From the NCBI RefSeq assembly GCF_002087085.1, contig NZ_MWQY01000014.1, positions 1 through 64,000 on the forward strand: 64,000 nucleotides of DNA, written 5' to 3'. Within the stretch, counting starts at the first letter, position 1; every line of letters starts with the position of its first letter. The position numbers and the translations under genes are program-made. The notes beneath the pieces were generated by a model, which saw only the letters and a program-made list of their open reading frames with translations, was not told where the DNA came from and ran no database searches. This document shows positions 39,166 through 48,232 of the stretch, piece by piece.

Positions 39166-40390
39166 TCCCTGTTTCATCCTCCAAAAGTCTGTCCGTCCGC
39201 CACCAGACGACATCTGCGCGGAAATCCCTGACCAGTATGGCGGTTAACAGGCCATTACGGCTCAAATGAAAATCCCGGAAGAATATCTCCCTGTCCTGAA
39301 GATTGATCCTGGGACGGGCTATTACCACCCCCTGCCTGTCCACCACGAGGAGCTGATACTGGTCCGGACCGAAGGGTCCCATAAGAAAGAAAAAACCTCC
39401 ATGGGCTACGCCGAGGAATTCATGCAGGACTTCTTCATCCTGGCTGTTCTGCAGTCCCGGGATATCCTGCTTTCGAACGACATGGGGCACCTCCAGGGAA
39501 CCTTCATATTCGCCGCTTGCCGGATTAAGCCAGTAGAAGTAGGAGGCAAAGTATTCTATGCTCGATCCCGTACCGCTCAGGGATTCACGGGACTCTTTGT
39601 AGGTGTCGATCTTTATGTAGAGGGTATCTTCCTCGGGATCGGGGACTATCCGCTCCAGGGTTGTAAGAATACCCGGCTCATCCGGAGAAGGCAGATCCGT
39701 AAGAGGAATGGTTACCTTGTACTTCAGATTGCCCGCAGGACTGAACCAGAAAACGAGCCAGGCCCGCTCTGCGCGGCATACAACGATTGTATCGTTCGAC
39801 GAATTGACGTAAAGGGCGTTTATGTAGGGAAAGGGTGTTCCCCCCACTCCCTCCTGTCCAAGGTAATCGAGGTAGATTCCTGAACGGTCGAAGCGGCGGA
39901 CAACCCGGTCAAGATACGCCTTCTGCTCTTCGTCGTATTCGGCCCTGTTTTCCGGAATGGCGTCCTCCACAAAGAGGATTCCCGAATCGGAAACCGCTAT
40001 TTCTCCCACATCCAGAAAGGGAAATGAAAGAGCCGCTCTGCTTGAGACCCGGTTTCCATCATTGGCGCTCTGCAGCAGCACGGGAATCGGGTTCTGCGAC
40101 TGGTTGTAATAGAGGCTCAACAGATCGCCGTAGGAGGAAAACTCCATCACCTTCCTTCCCCGGCTGTTGGCGATAAAAATAATGCCCTCCTGCATTACGA
40201 TCCGGACCTTGTCGTCGAAGGCCGAAACTCCGTCATAATAGATATCCAGCTGGTCTTCCATGCGGCCAATGGGAAGGGAAAACAACTGCTGCTGTTCGAG
40301 GCTTGCTGAAGAACCGGAGGTACAGGAGCTAAACAGTATCCCGAAACTCAGAATGAGAAGGAATACTCCGATGGTGCTGCGGCGAATCAT
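39149..40390 (-). CDS. Conserved spirochete lipoprotein (beta-rich)
   Basis: Lipobox LFSSC; YLGQEGVGGTPFPYI motif; divergent from secA. Confidence 0.7.
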   Translation of the reverse strand: MIRRSTIGVFLLILSFGILFSSCTSGSSASLEQQQLFSLPIGRMEDQLDIYYDGVSAFDDKVRIVMQEGIIFIANSRGRKVMEFSSYGDLLSLYYNQSQNPIPVLLQSANDGNRVSSRAALSFPFLDVGEIAVSDSGILFVEDAIPENRAEYDEEQKAYLDRVVRRFDRSGIYLDYLGQEGVGGTPFPYINALYVNSSNDTIVVCRAERAWLVFWFSPAGNLKYKVTIPLTDLPSPDEPGILTTLERIVPDPEEDTLYIKIDTYKESRESLSGTGSSIEYFASYFYWLNPASGEYEGSLEVPHVVRKQDIPGLQNSQDEEVLHEFLGVAHGGFFFLMGPFGPDQYQLLVVDRQGVVIARPRINLQDREIFFRDFHLSRNGLLTAILVRDFRADVVWWRTDRLLEDETGNETRR

Positions 40391-40514
40391 TGTCTGGGAT
40401 TCTACAACCGGTACCATAAAAGGTCAACAAAGCCCTTTCAAGCCTCACCGGGACCGGCTGACGTAAGCTTCAGATTTATGTATAGTAGAAAAATAAAGGG
40501 AGGCACCGTACGTA

Positions 40515-43232
40515 ATGATACAGAAAATACTGAATGCCTTTTTCGGCTCACAGCATGAACGGGATCTGAAACAGCTGCTGCCTGTTTTACATAGAATCAA
40601 CGCCCTCGAATCCTGGGCCATGGGACTGGAAAACAGTCAGTTTGCCGGTCAGACGGAGACGTTCAAAAACAGACTGAAACAGGGAGAAAGTCTGGAAGAC
40701 ATTCTTCCCGAGGCCTTCGCCCTGGCCAGAGAAGCCGCCCGACGCGTCCTGGGGGAACGCCACTACGACGTCCAGCTCCTGGGGGGAATAGTCCTTCATC
40801 ACGGTAAAATCATGGAAATGAAGACCGGAGAGGGAAAAACTCTGTCCTCCGTAACCGCCGCCTATCTGAACTCCCTCACCGGAAAGGGTGTGCATATAAT
40901 CACCGTCAACGATTATCTGGCTGAGCGGGATGCCGCCTGGATGCGTCCTGTCTACCAACTTCTCGGTGTCTCCGTCGGCTCGATCCTCTCAAACATGGAT
41001 ACCGAGGCCCGCAAGGAAGCCTATGGCAAGGATATAACCTATGGGACCAACAACGAGTTCGGTTTCGACTACCTGCGGGACAACATGGCCTGGGACATTG
41101 CGTCAAAGGTCCAGCGGAACCATCACTTCTGCATAATCGACGAAATAGACTCCATACTCATAGACGAGGCCAGAACCCCGCTGATCATCTCAGGTCAGGC
41201 GGAGGACGATACCCGCATGTTCACCGAGGTAAACCGCCTGGTCGGCCGCCTTCAGGAGTGTGATAAGGATCCTGAGACCGGAGATTATCCGGAAGAACCC
41301 GAAGGAGATTACAAGATCGATGAGAAATCCAAGCGGGTAACCTTTACCGACCAGGGAATGAACAACATCGAGAAGCTTCTGCTTCAGGGCAAGCTTATAT
41401 CCGGCAGCCTTTTTACCGAGGACAACTTCGAGTATATCCACTACTTTACCCAGGCCCTGAAAGCTCACCGCCTCTTCAAGCTGGACCGTGACTATGTCGT
41501 ACAGGAAGGTCAGGTCCAGATCGTCGATGAGTTTACCGGACGCATTCTCCACGGGCGCAGATATTCCGACGGACTTCACCAGGCCATCGAAGCCAAGGAA
41601 GGCATCCGCATAGCCCGGCGCAACAAGACCCTGGCTACCATAACCTTTCAGAACTTTTTCCGCATGTACGACAAGATTTCCGGTATGACCGGTACGGCGG
41701 ATACCGAGGCTAAGGAGTTCGGCAAGATCTACAGTCTCGATGTTGTGGTGATTCCCACCAACCGTCCGGTTGTCAGAAAAGATGAAAACGACGCCATCTA
41801 CTTTAACGAAGATTTCAAGTTCAATGCCATCTGCGACGAGATCCAGCGTGTAAACGAGATAGGTCAGCCGATTCTCGTGGGAACAGTATCCATCGAAAAG
41901 TCTGAACGCCTCTCGTCAATGCTGACAAAGCGGGGCATACGCCACGAGGTACTCAACGCGAAGAACCACCACCGGGAGGCAATGATCGTTGCGGAGGCCG
42001 GCGCCAAAGGGTCGGTAACGATAGCAACGAACATGGCCGGCCGGGGTACGGACATAAAACTCGGGGGAAACCCGGAGTTCCGGACCCGCAAGGAGGTGGG
42101 GACGGAGGCGAGCGGCGAAGAATACGAGAAGGCGTATAAAAGGATTTATGCCAAAACCCGCCTGGATTATGAAGAGGTAAAATCCCTTGGCGGACTCTAT
42201 ATACTCGGTACCGAACGCCACGAATCCCGCCGGATCGACAACCAGCTGCGGGGGCGTTCCGGGCGCCAGGGCGACCCCGGGGTCAGCCGGTTTTTCCTCT
42301 CCCTGGACGACGATCTCATGCGCCTCTTTGCAAACGACAACATGAAGAACATCATGGGAAAGCTCGGCATGTCTTCCGGAGAGCCACTGTTCCATCCGTG
42401 GCTCAATAAAACAATAGAACGGGCCCAGACCCGGGTGGAGGACCGGAACTTTGAAATCCGGAAGCACCTCCTTGAATATGACGACGTTCTCAATGAGCAG
42501 CGTACCTTCATCTACAATCAGCGGGACGAAATCCTGAAGGATGATTCCCTCTACAAGAGAATCCTGGGGGCTGCGGAAGAGATTATCGATGATCTGCTGG
42601 CAAATTATGCCTCGGATCGCAGCGAGACGGGCATAACGGAACTCCTGGAAGGTCTGCAGGAACGTTTTTTCTACTCCCCCGATCTGGAACGGGACCGGCT
42701 TCTGGAGATGCCCGTCCAGGACCTCAGGGATTTCTTCCTCTCCAGCTTCGAGGCGGATATCCGGGAAAAGGAAGACAAAGTAGGAAAAGTGAATTTCAAC
42801 TCCTTTATCCGCTTTGAATATCTCCGGCTTATCGATTCAAAATGGCAGGACCATCTGGAGAACCTCGAATCCCTCAGGGAAGCTGTTTATCTGAGGGCCT
42901 ATGGTCAGAAGAATCCTCTTCTGGAATACAAACTTGAAGGCTTTCAGATTTTCGATACCCTGATCCAGGAGATTCGTGAGGGGCTGGCGAAAAAGGTGAT
43001 TTCCGTGCGTATTGAACGGGCTGACTCACCCCGACGGGTTCCGTCGGCATCGGCGGTTACAGAGAGCCACCGGCAGCTTGGGCAGTTTGCAGCGGGTTCC
43101 CGTCCGGCACAGCCGAAGGGCGACATGGGTACGGGAACTGTAACGGTGAAACGCTCAGTACCCAAGGTGGGGAGAAATGATCCCTGTCCCTGCGGCAGCG
43201 GGAAAAAGTATAAACACTGCCACGGGAGCTGA
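40515..43232 (+). CDS. secA: Preprotein translocase ATPase SecA
   Basis: [56 protein letters not shown]. Confidence 0.98.
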   Translation: MIQKILNAFFGSQHERDLKQLLPVLHRINALESWAMGLENSQFAGQTETFKNRLKQGESLEDILPEAFALAREAARRVLGERHYDVQLLGGIVLHHGKIMEMKTGEGKTLSSVTAAYLNSLTGKGVHIITVNDYLAERDAAWMRPVYQLLGVSVGSILSNMDTEARKEAYGKDITYGTNNEFGFDYLRDNMAWDIASKVQRNHHFCIIDEIDSILIDEARTPLIISGQAEDDTRMFTEVNRLVGRLQECDKDPETGDYPEEPEGDYKIDEKSKRVTFTDQGMNNIEKLLLQGKLISGSLFTEDNFEYIHYFTQALKAHRLFKLDRDYVVQEGQVQIVDEFTGRILHGRRYSDGLHQAIEAKEGIRIARRNKTLATITFQNFFRMYDKISGMTGTADTEAKEFGKIYSLDVVVIPTNRPVVRKDENDAIYFNEDFKFNAICDEIQRVNEIGQPILVGTVSIEKSERLSSMLTKRGIRHEVLNAKNHHREAMIVAEAGAKGSVTIATNMAGRGTDIKLGGNPEFRTRKEVGTEASGEEYEKAYKRIYAKTRLDYEEVKSLGGLYILGTERHESRRIDNQLRGRSGRQGDPGVSRFFLSLDDDLMRLFANDNMKNIMGKLGMSSGEPLFHPWLNKTIERAQTRVEDRNFEIRKHLLEYDDVLNEQRTFIYNQRDEILKDDSLYKRILGAAEEIIDDLLANYASDRSETGITELLEGLQERFFYSPDLERDRLLEMPVQDLRDFFLSSFEADIREKEDKVGKVNFNSFIRFEYLRLIDSKWQDHLENLESLREAVYLRAYGQKNPLLEYKLEGFQIFDTLIQEIREGLAKKVISVRIERADSPRRVPSASAVTESHRQLGQFAAGSRPAQPKGDMGTGTVTVKRSVPKVGRNDPCPCGSGKKYKHCHGS

Positions 43233-43237
43233 GAAAA

Positions 43238-43366
43238 TCAGACTTCAGATTTCTGATACATGCTGCCGGAGGAGGCGGCCTTCTGGGCCGCCATCTCGTC
43301 GGTATAGGCGCGGATAAAGGTAAACAGGGCAACCAGGGCCATCAATATCAAAACAAGCTTGCGCAT
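43238..43366 (-). CDS. Small membrane/secreted protein (42 aa), absent from the ORF track
   Basis: MRKLVLILMALVALFTFIRAYTDEMAAQKAASSGSMYQKSEV*; SD GAGGAG 6 nt upstream. Confidence 0.6.
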   Translation of the reverse strand: MRKLVLILMALVALFTFIRAYTDEMAAQKAASSGSMYQKSEV

Positions 43367-43393
43367 TCTCTGCTCCTCGCTTCAGATGATCTG

Positions 43394-44464
43394 TCAATGC
43401 AGAACGGACAGTGGATCCACAGGTCGGTTATTCTTGTACAGTGCAAAATGCAGATGGGAACCGGTACTTCTTCCGGTATTTCCCATGGTACCAAGGCTCT
43501 GGCCCTGGCGAACCCTCTGACCTTCCCGTACTGCAACGGTGTTCATGTGCCCGTAGAGTGTCTGGTATCCCCTCTCGTGCTTAATAACCACGTACCTTCC
43601 GTAACCTGCCGGACGGTTCTCCACACTCAGCACCACTCCGTCCATGGCGGAGATAATTACTGTTCCCGTTGCATTCGCTATATCAATACCATAATGGAAA
43701 CGCCGCAGTCCGGTAAAGGGGTCCGAACGATACCCATAGGGCGAGGTGAGTCGTCCTTTTGTCGGGTAGATAATCAGGGTTCCCGTGGCTTTCTTGTACT
43801 CATAATCACTGATAGCCGCACCGGGAAGGAAAAGCACGTCCCCGGGCTTGATAAGGGCGCTTTCCAGATTGTTTGCGTCGAGAATCTGATTTACGCTGAT
43901 ACTTTTCGTGGCGGCGATATTTGAGAGATTGTCCCCGGGGCGCACTACATAGCGGACGCCGTCGTAGGAAGGTATTTTCAGACGGGTTCCCGGAACAATC
44001 CGGCGAACGTCTTCTATTCCATTATAGCTTATGAGGGTACCGATCTTTACGTCATACCTGAGAGCGATCTCTGAAAGAGTATCACCCCGTGTCACGGTAT
44101 GAACATTTTCCTTGATTCCTCCAAGATAGCTTGCCAGGGGGGGAAGGTCGGAAACCAGTTCCTCTTCCGAGGCCTGGCTCCCCTCGAGGTACGAAACCAT
44201 ACTGGCATACAACTGATCATCCGCAGGAAGATGAAGGAGCTCTACGTCTTTCGTATTCAGGGAAGGGACAAGGGAATAGAGCATAGCCGTTACAGCCAGA
44301 CTCACACCGAGAAACAGTGAAAGCCAGGCGATCTTTTCAGGGGTTTCCCGGATCTTCTCTATTCCCAGAGAAAGCCGGTTCCTCAGTTCAAGGCCTTCAA
44401 GGAATCCTGAGTGAGACGGTTTTCTGCGTTTACGTATAGTCTGCTGTTGTATCAGTTCAATCAT
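43394..44464 (-). CDS. M23 peptidase with two LysM domains
   Basis: TM, two LysM repeats, HYGID, YGHM, STGSHLHF; alternative GTG start at 44473. Confidence 0.92.
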   Translation of the reverse strand: MIELIQQQTIRKRRKPSHSGFLEGLELRNRLSLGIEKIRETPEKIAWLSLFLGVSLAVTAMLYSLVPSLNTKDVELLHLPADDQLYASMVSYLEGSQASEEELVSDLPPLASYLGGIKENVHTVTRGDTLSEIALRYDVKIGTLISYNGIEDVRRIVPGTRLKIPSYDGVRYVVRPGDNLSNIAATKSISVNQILDANNLESALIKPGDVLFLPGAAISDYEYKKATGTLIIYPTKGRLTSPYGYRSDPFTGLRRFHYGIDIANATGTVIISAMDGVVLSVENRPAGYGRYVVIKHERGYQTLYGHMNTVAVREGQRVRQGQSLGTMGNTGRSTGSHLHFALYKNNRPVDPLSVLH

Positions 44465-44546
44465 AACCTTCACTATTCATATCGACAATAAGGCACCAAC
44501 ATATTACTATAATGATCGTTCCCGGGGCCCGGAACTCGTTGAAATT

Positions 44547-46400
44547 ATGATAGAAAAGCAGCGTCTGACCAGATTCATCATCTTCGCAATCCTTACGGCA
44601 ATGGTTATCGTTTTCGTTGTCTGGCGATACACCGCAATAATGCTCTTTTCCTCCTCCGATGGGGCTGCACAGCACCGGACCCAGGGAATAGTAGAGCGAG
44701 GCCCGATTCTCGACAGGGACGGACGCATACTTGCCATTCAGACTCAGCTGGATACGGTGACCGCCTGGATGCCCAGCGTCAGCGATCCGGAAAAAACCTA
44801 CAATTCCCTTGTCCGGGTTCTCGACCTGGACAAAGAGGAATTGCAGAGCAAGTTTGAAACACGCAGCGGTTTTTTCTATGTTAAAAGAAAGATTTCCCGC
44901 AGCGAAAGCCGATCCATGCAGGAACTTTTATCCACCGAGGATCTCAAGGGAATATCCCTTATACCTGAATACGGAAGGGCGTACCCGGAAAAGAAACTGG
45001 CATCCCACGTAGTCGGATATGCCGGAACGGACAATGTCGGTCTGCTGGGGATCGAATATACCTACGACAAGATCCTGTATCCCCCCCCCGAGCCTGGAAG
45101 AACACGCTACGGAAACCAGCTGTTTTTAACCATCGATGTCAATCTTCAGCATATTCTGGAAGAACTTGCCACCGAGTCCTTTGAAGAGAACAAACCGGAA
45201 TCAATCACCCTCATAGCCGCGGAAGCAAAGACCGGAGAGATACTGGCGTATGTATCGATTCCCGGCTTTGATCCCAATACCTTTTCCGACTTCTCGCCCC
45301 AGGAACGGGTAAATGTTCCCGCCACAACGGCCTATGAACCCGGTTCGGTTTTTAAAGTCTTTTCCATAGCATCATTTCTCGAACTGGGAGGAATAGCTCC
45401 TGAAACCACCTTTTTCTGCGGTGGAAGCTACGATAACGTCGAACCCCACATCAACTGTCTGGGTTACCACGGGCTGGTGAATGCCGAGGAGATACTGAAA
45501 AAATCCTGCAATGCCGGAGCGGGATACGCCTCCGAAACAGTAACGGAAGAGGATTTTTACAGCCTGCTTACGGCTTTCGGTTTTGGTACGGAAACAGGAA
45601 TCCCCTTTCCTGGAGAAACAAACGGAATCTTCCGGAATCCCCAGAACTGGTCGGAGAGAACCAAACCCACCATAGCAATGGGCCAGGAGATTTCCGTCTC
45701 CGCTCTGCAGATTATCCAGGCCGCCAGCACCTTTGCCAATGACGGGGTAATGCTGCGTCCCATGCTGGTAAAAAAGATCGTCAGTCCGGAGGGAAAGACC
45801 CTGCAGGAGTTCCAGAGAGAACCGGTTCGACAGGTAGTATCGTCCCACGTGGCCAGGGAGATACTCATGATGATGGAGTCTGTAACCCAGTCCGACGGAA
45901 CCGCCCATCGTGCGGCCGTAGAGGGTATGAGGATTTCTGCGAAAACCGGGACGGCCCAGCTCATCGATCCCAGTACGGGAAAATATTCCGAGGAAGACTA
46001 TGTAGCCAGCTGTCTTGCCCTTTTTCCCAGCGACGACCCCAGGATCATTCTCTACGCGGCGATACATAAACCCAAAGGTCCGTCGACTTTTGGCGGTCGC
46101 ATAGCCGCTCCCCTGGTGGGAAAAGCCGCTGAAGAGGTTATCCGGCACCTGGGGATCCCCCGGGAAGGAGACAGACAGATAGACCATCCCGGCAGGGTCC
46201 AGATAAATGTTCCCTCTCCCCTACGCATAACAGACACCCTGCCGGATTTAACGGGCAGGCCCAAACGGGACCTGCTTCCCCTGTATAAGATCCCGGGGGC
46301 TGTAATTGAGATTCGCGGAGAGGGATGGGTCAGCGGACAGTCCCCGGCCCCCGGTACACCCATACGCGAAGGTATGCATATTGTGGTGGAGCTTGAATAA
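44547..46400 (+). CDS. ftsI: Class B penicillin-binding protein (FtsI-like) with C-terminal PASTA
   Basis: RGPILDRDG, EPGSVFK (SxxK), SCN, KTGTAQ, QSPAPG. Confidence 0.88.
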   Translation: MIEKQRLTRFIIFAILTAMVIVFVVWRYTAIMLFSSSDGAAQHRTQGIVERGPILDRDGRILAIQTQLDTVTAWMPSVSDPEKTYNSLVRVLDLDKEELQSKFETRSGFFYVKRKISRSESRSMQELLSTEDLKGISLIPEYGRAYPEKKLASHVVGYAGTDNVGLLGIEYTYDKILYPPPEPGRTRYGNQLFLTIDVNLQHILEELATESFEENKPESITLIAAEAKTGEILAYVSIPGFDPNTFSDFSPQERVNVPATTAYEPGSVFKVFSIASFLELGGIAPETTFFCGGSYDNVEPHINCLGYHGLVNAEEILKKSCNAGAGYASETVTEEDFYSLLTAFGFGTETGIPFPGETNGIFRNPQNWSERTKPTIAMGQEISVSALQIIQAASTFANDGVMLRPMLVKKIVSPEGKTLQEFQREPVRQVVSSHVAREILMMMESVTQSDGTAHRAAVEGMRISAKTGTAQLIDPSTGKYSEEDYVASCLALFPSDDPRIILYAAIHKPKGPSTFGGRIAAPLVGKAAEEVIRHLGIPREGDRQIDHPGRVQINVPSPLRITDTLPDLTGRPKRDLLPLYKIPGAVIEIRGEGWVSGQSPAPGTPIREGMHIVVELE

Positions 46401-48173
46401 ATGTTTGAATCCAACATCCGCAGCCTCTGCAGTATGTGGCCGGGTTTTCGAAGAGAGATTGCAGACAAATACGCTCCACACCCCGCTGTACGGATCATTC
46501 CCACCGAAACGGGGGAATCAGCCTTAAGCCTCGAAGGCCGCTTCCTCAGCACCCGGAGAGACCCGGTCCGGGAAGCGGAAAGGATAATAGAGGCCCGTTT
46601 TCCCGCCGCCCCCGATATTGCGGTATTTCTCCACTTTGGTCTCGGCTACGAACTGGAGGCTTTCTTTCGACGATATCCCGATACCCCCGTTATTCTGCTG
46701 GAACCCGATATTCCCCTCTTCATGACAGCCCTTGACGCCAGGGATTTCAGTAGGCTTTTCAGAAAGAAAGGTCTCGTACTGCTTCTTGATACCCCCCCCT
46801 CTTCTCTGGCGACTGTTCTGAACGACCGCTGCAACGATACAGTGGAGCTGTTTCCCATAAAGAGCATAGCCAGGCTCCACCCCGACTATCTGGAGGCTTT
46901 GAACGAATGGTTTCACCGCTTTCAGTCCCGAAGGGAGATAAACAGAAACACCCTGAAACGCTTCGGCCGCGTCTGGGTCCGCAACCTCCTCTCGAATCTG
47001 CAGGTTCTGGCGGAAGCCGTCCCCCTGGGGGAGCTTGAGGGAATATTGGACGGACGGCCCTGTCTCGTTCTTGCAGCGGGCCCCAGCCTGGATACCTTGT
47101 CCGATCATATCCACGAACTCAGAAAGAGAATGGTCCTTGTGGCGGTGGACACCTCAGCTGCATGGTGCAGACAGCGGAATATTCAGCCGGATTTTCTTGT
47201 GGTTGTGGACCCCCAGTACTGGAACACACGGCATCTTGATCCCGTGGACCGGGAACAGATACTGGTATCAGAATCATCCACCCATCCCGCCGTATTCAGA
47301 AGAATCGACGGACCCCGTTTTTTCTGTTCCTCTCTTTTCCCTCTGGGAAGCTTTCTGGAAAAGGACCTCGACATCCACGGGAACCTCGGGGCCGGGGGAT
47401 CCGTTTCAACCACGGCCTGGGATCTTGCGCGCTTTCTCGGCGCTGGAAAAATCTTCTGCGCCGGTCTGGATCTCGGTTATCCCGACAACCGAACCCATTA
47501 TTCCGGGAGTCTCTTCGAAGAGCTCTCCCATATCTGGTCCTGCCGTACGAACCCCTCCATGACACAGCATTTTCGTTACATCCGGGATGGAAGCCCCTTA
47601 ACAACCGAGTCCAATTCCGGGGAACCGGTTTTAAGCGACAGACGGCTCTCCCTGTATCGATGGTGGTTCGAGAACCGGATGAGTGAACCCGAATCCCCCG
47701 AGACCTTCACCCTGTCCCGGAAGGGGGTTCTGATCCGGGGAATGGAACATGCCGGCCCCCTGGAACTTCTGAAACTTCCGGAGATTCGGAATGAACTCGA
47801 CATGCTTCTTCCCGGAAAGGATTACCGAAGCCTGCGGGGAAATCCTGATACATCTGCAGTAATTATCAAGGGCCTGACCGAGCTGGATACGTCCCTCATG
47901 GAGATGGAAATCCTCTGCCGCCGGGCGCTGGACGCCCTGGATAATCCCGCCGGCAGCCGCTCGGAACTGCTGGCTGCCCTCGGAACGCTGGACGCGGAAA
48001 TCATGGCAAATCCGGCCAAGGATATAGCCGGTTTCCTCCTTGATGCCGAGCCTGAGGCATCGGAAGATCCCCTCGTGGCTTCCAGAAAAGTCTACACATC
48101 TATTCTTGATTCGGTGCTGTATCACCGGGAACATCTTCAGCGGGCCCGGGGAATGATCAGTACCGGACCCTAA
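46401..48173 (+). CDS. Motility-associated factor (Maf/DUF115) glycosyltransferase-like protein
   Basis: AAGPSL, PDFLVVVDP, GGSVST, GLDLGY motifs. Confidence 0.78.
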   Translation: MFESNIRSLCSMWPGFRREIADKYAPHPAVRIIPTETGESALSLEGRFLSTRRDPVREAERIIEARFPAAPDIAVFLHFGLGYELEAFFRRYPDTPVILLEPDIPLFMTALDARDFSRLFRKKGLVLLLDTPPSSLATVLNDRCNDTVELFPIKSIARLHPDYLEALNEWFHRFQSRREINRNTLKRFGRVWVRNLLSNLQVLAEAVPLGELEGILDGRPCLVLAAGPSLDTLSDHIHELRKRMVLVAVDTSAAWCRQRNIQPDFLVVVDPQYWNTRHLDPVDREQILVSESSTHPAVFRRIDGPRFFCSSLFPLGSFLEKDLDIHGNLGAGGSVSTTAWDLARFLGAGKIFCAGLDLGYPDNRTHYSGSLFEELSHIWSCRTNPSMTQHFRYIRDGSPLTTESNSGEPVLSDRRLSLYRWWFENRMSEPESPETFTLSRKGVLIRGMEHAGPLELLKLPEIRNELDMLLPGKDYRSLRGNPDTSAVIIKGLTELDTSLMEMEILCRRALDALDNPAGSRSELLAALGTLDAEIMANPAKDIAGFLLDAEPEASEDPLVASRKVYTSILDSVLYHREHLQRARGMISTGP

Positions 48174-48232
48174 AGTTTCTGCCCCCTGCAGCCGAACAGT
48201 AAAGTAAGAAGGAAACAAGAACTTCTTGTTAA

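Noticed and set aside
45081..45089. C9 run in ftsI as a phase-variation site
   Set aside because: Encodes a Pro run in an intact, probably essential frame
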